From: an uncultured Pelagibacteraceae bacterium
Lineage (GTDB): Bacteria; Pseudomonadota; Alphaproteobacteria; Pelagibacterales; Pelagibacteraceae
Reading direction: 5' to 3'
DNA length: 64,000 nt
Assembly (NCBI GenBank): GCA_902579285.1
Contig: CACHGA010000002.1
Location: forward strand, 7,906 to 71,905
Under the pieces are notes generated by a model, which did no database searches, was not told where the DNA came from, and saw only the letters and a list, made by a program, of their open reading frames with translations. This document shows positions 63,866 to 64,000 of this stretch, piece by piece. A program made the translations under genes and the position numbers. How positions within the stretch are numbered: position 1 is the stretch's first letter; every line of letters starts with the position of its first letter.

Positions 63866-64000
63866 TTAACTCTTTTTACTTTTCTCGTGCGCCAAAATAG
63901 CAATTTTTGAGCCTGGTGCAAGTAAAATACTTAAGAATTTTTGTGCAGGAGTAGATAAAATACCTATTATTTTTGCTCTTGCCTCATCTAGAGTGGGTAG
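63866..64000 (-). CDS. rplJ: 50S ribosomal protein L10, C-terminal 44 codons only (5' end outside the window)
   Basis: My reverse-strand translation gives [44 protein letters not shown], which resembles an L10 C-terminus. It lies directly upstream of rplL. Confidence 0.85.
   Translation of the reverse strand, partial: LPTLDEARAKIIGILSTPAQKFLSILLAPGSKIAILAHEKSKKS

Noticed and set aside
63457-63900. 147-aa plus-strand ORF with an Ala-rich stretch.
   Set aside because: It is the mirror image of the rplL hinge and C-terminal domain, where antisense GCN codons keep the frame open. The rplL call explains the region.
1-64000. Searched for CRISPR repeats, transposase, integrase or phage genes, toxin-antitoxin or restriction-like ORFs, and large direct or inverted repeats that would mark an accessory island or a novel system.
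   Set aside because: Every ORF above about 60 aa that is not an antisense shadow has a confident housekeeping assignment. There is no unexplained coding capacity and no repeat array visible by eye. A computational repeat scan would be needed to exclude short dispersed repeats.

Overview
This is an AT-rich (roughly 30% G+C by eye) and very compact alphaproteobacterial core-genome window. LpxI, a short ProRS, the gene order and the near absence of spacers point to a streamlined SAR11/Pelagibacterales-type genome, but that assignment is inference only. About 70 genes are present.

Layout, in window order:
- The window opens inside a TPP riboswitch, followed by a THI5/NMT1-like gene on the + strand.
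- A minus-strand block runs rpsB-tsf-frr-uppS-cdsA-dxr-bamA-skp-lpxD-fabZ-lpxA-lpxI-(PQQ sugar dehydrogenase)-(msrA)-lpxB.
- A second minus-strand block runs gatCAB-coaX-rnj-proS-lolCD-dnaE.
- A short mixed-strand stretch holds ruvX, pyrB, a pyrC-like gene, plsY, topA, a RidA-family gene, ugd, galU, panC, mgtE, lipB and an rlu gene.
- The minus-strand rplJL-rpoBC-str-S10-spc-alpha ribosomal cluster follows, with rplJ cut by the window end.

By my hand tally only about 830 nt (1-2%) is non-coding. I see no tRNA, rRNA, CRISPR array, mobile element, or defence or other accessory island.

I did not find convincing evidence for a novel multi-gene system; this looks like an ordinary core region. The observations worth a second look are local:
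- The TPP riboswitch abuts a signal-peptide-less THI5-like gene.
- A GC-rich structured leader lies upstream of rpsB.
- The pyrB-adjacent dihydroorotase-like gene has lost the HxH metal ligands.
- Ribosomal protein S19 carries a 40-aa Ala/Pro/Ser tail, and other r-proteins have Lys-rich extensions.
- L24 is truncated.
- pyrH, rseP, rpmD and tuf are cleanly absent from their canonical operon slots.
- Convergent genes share their stop codons.
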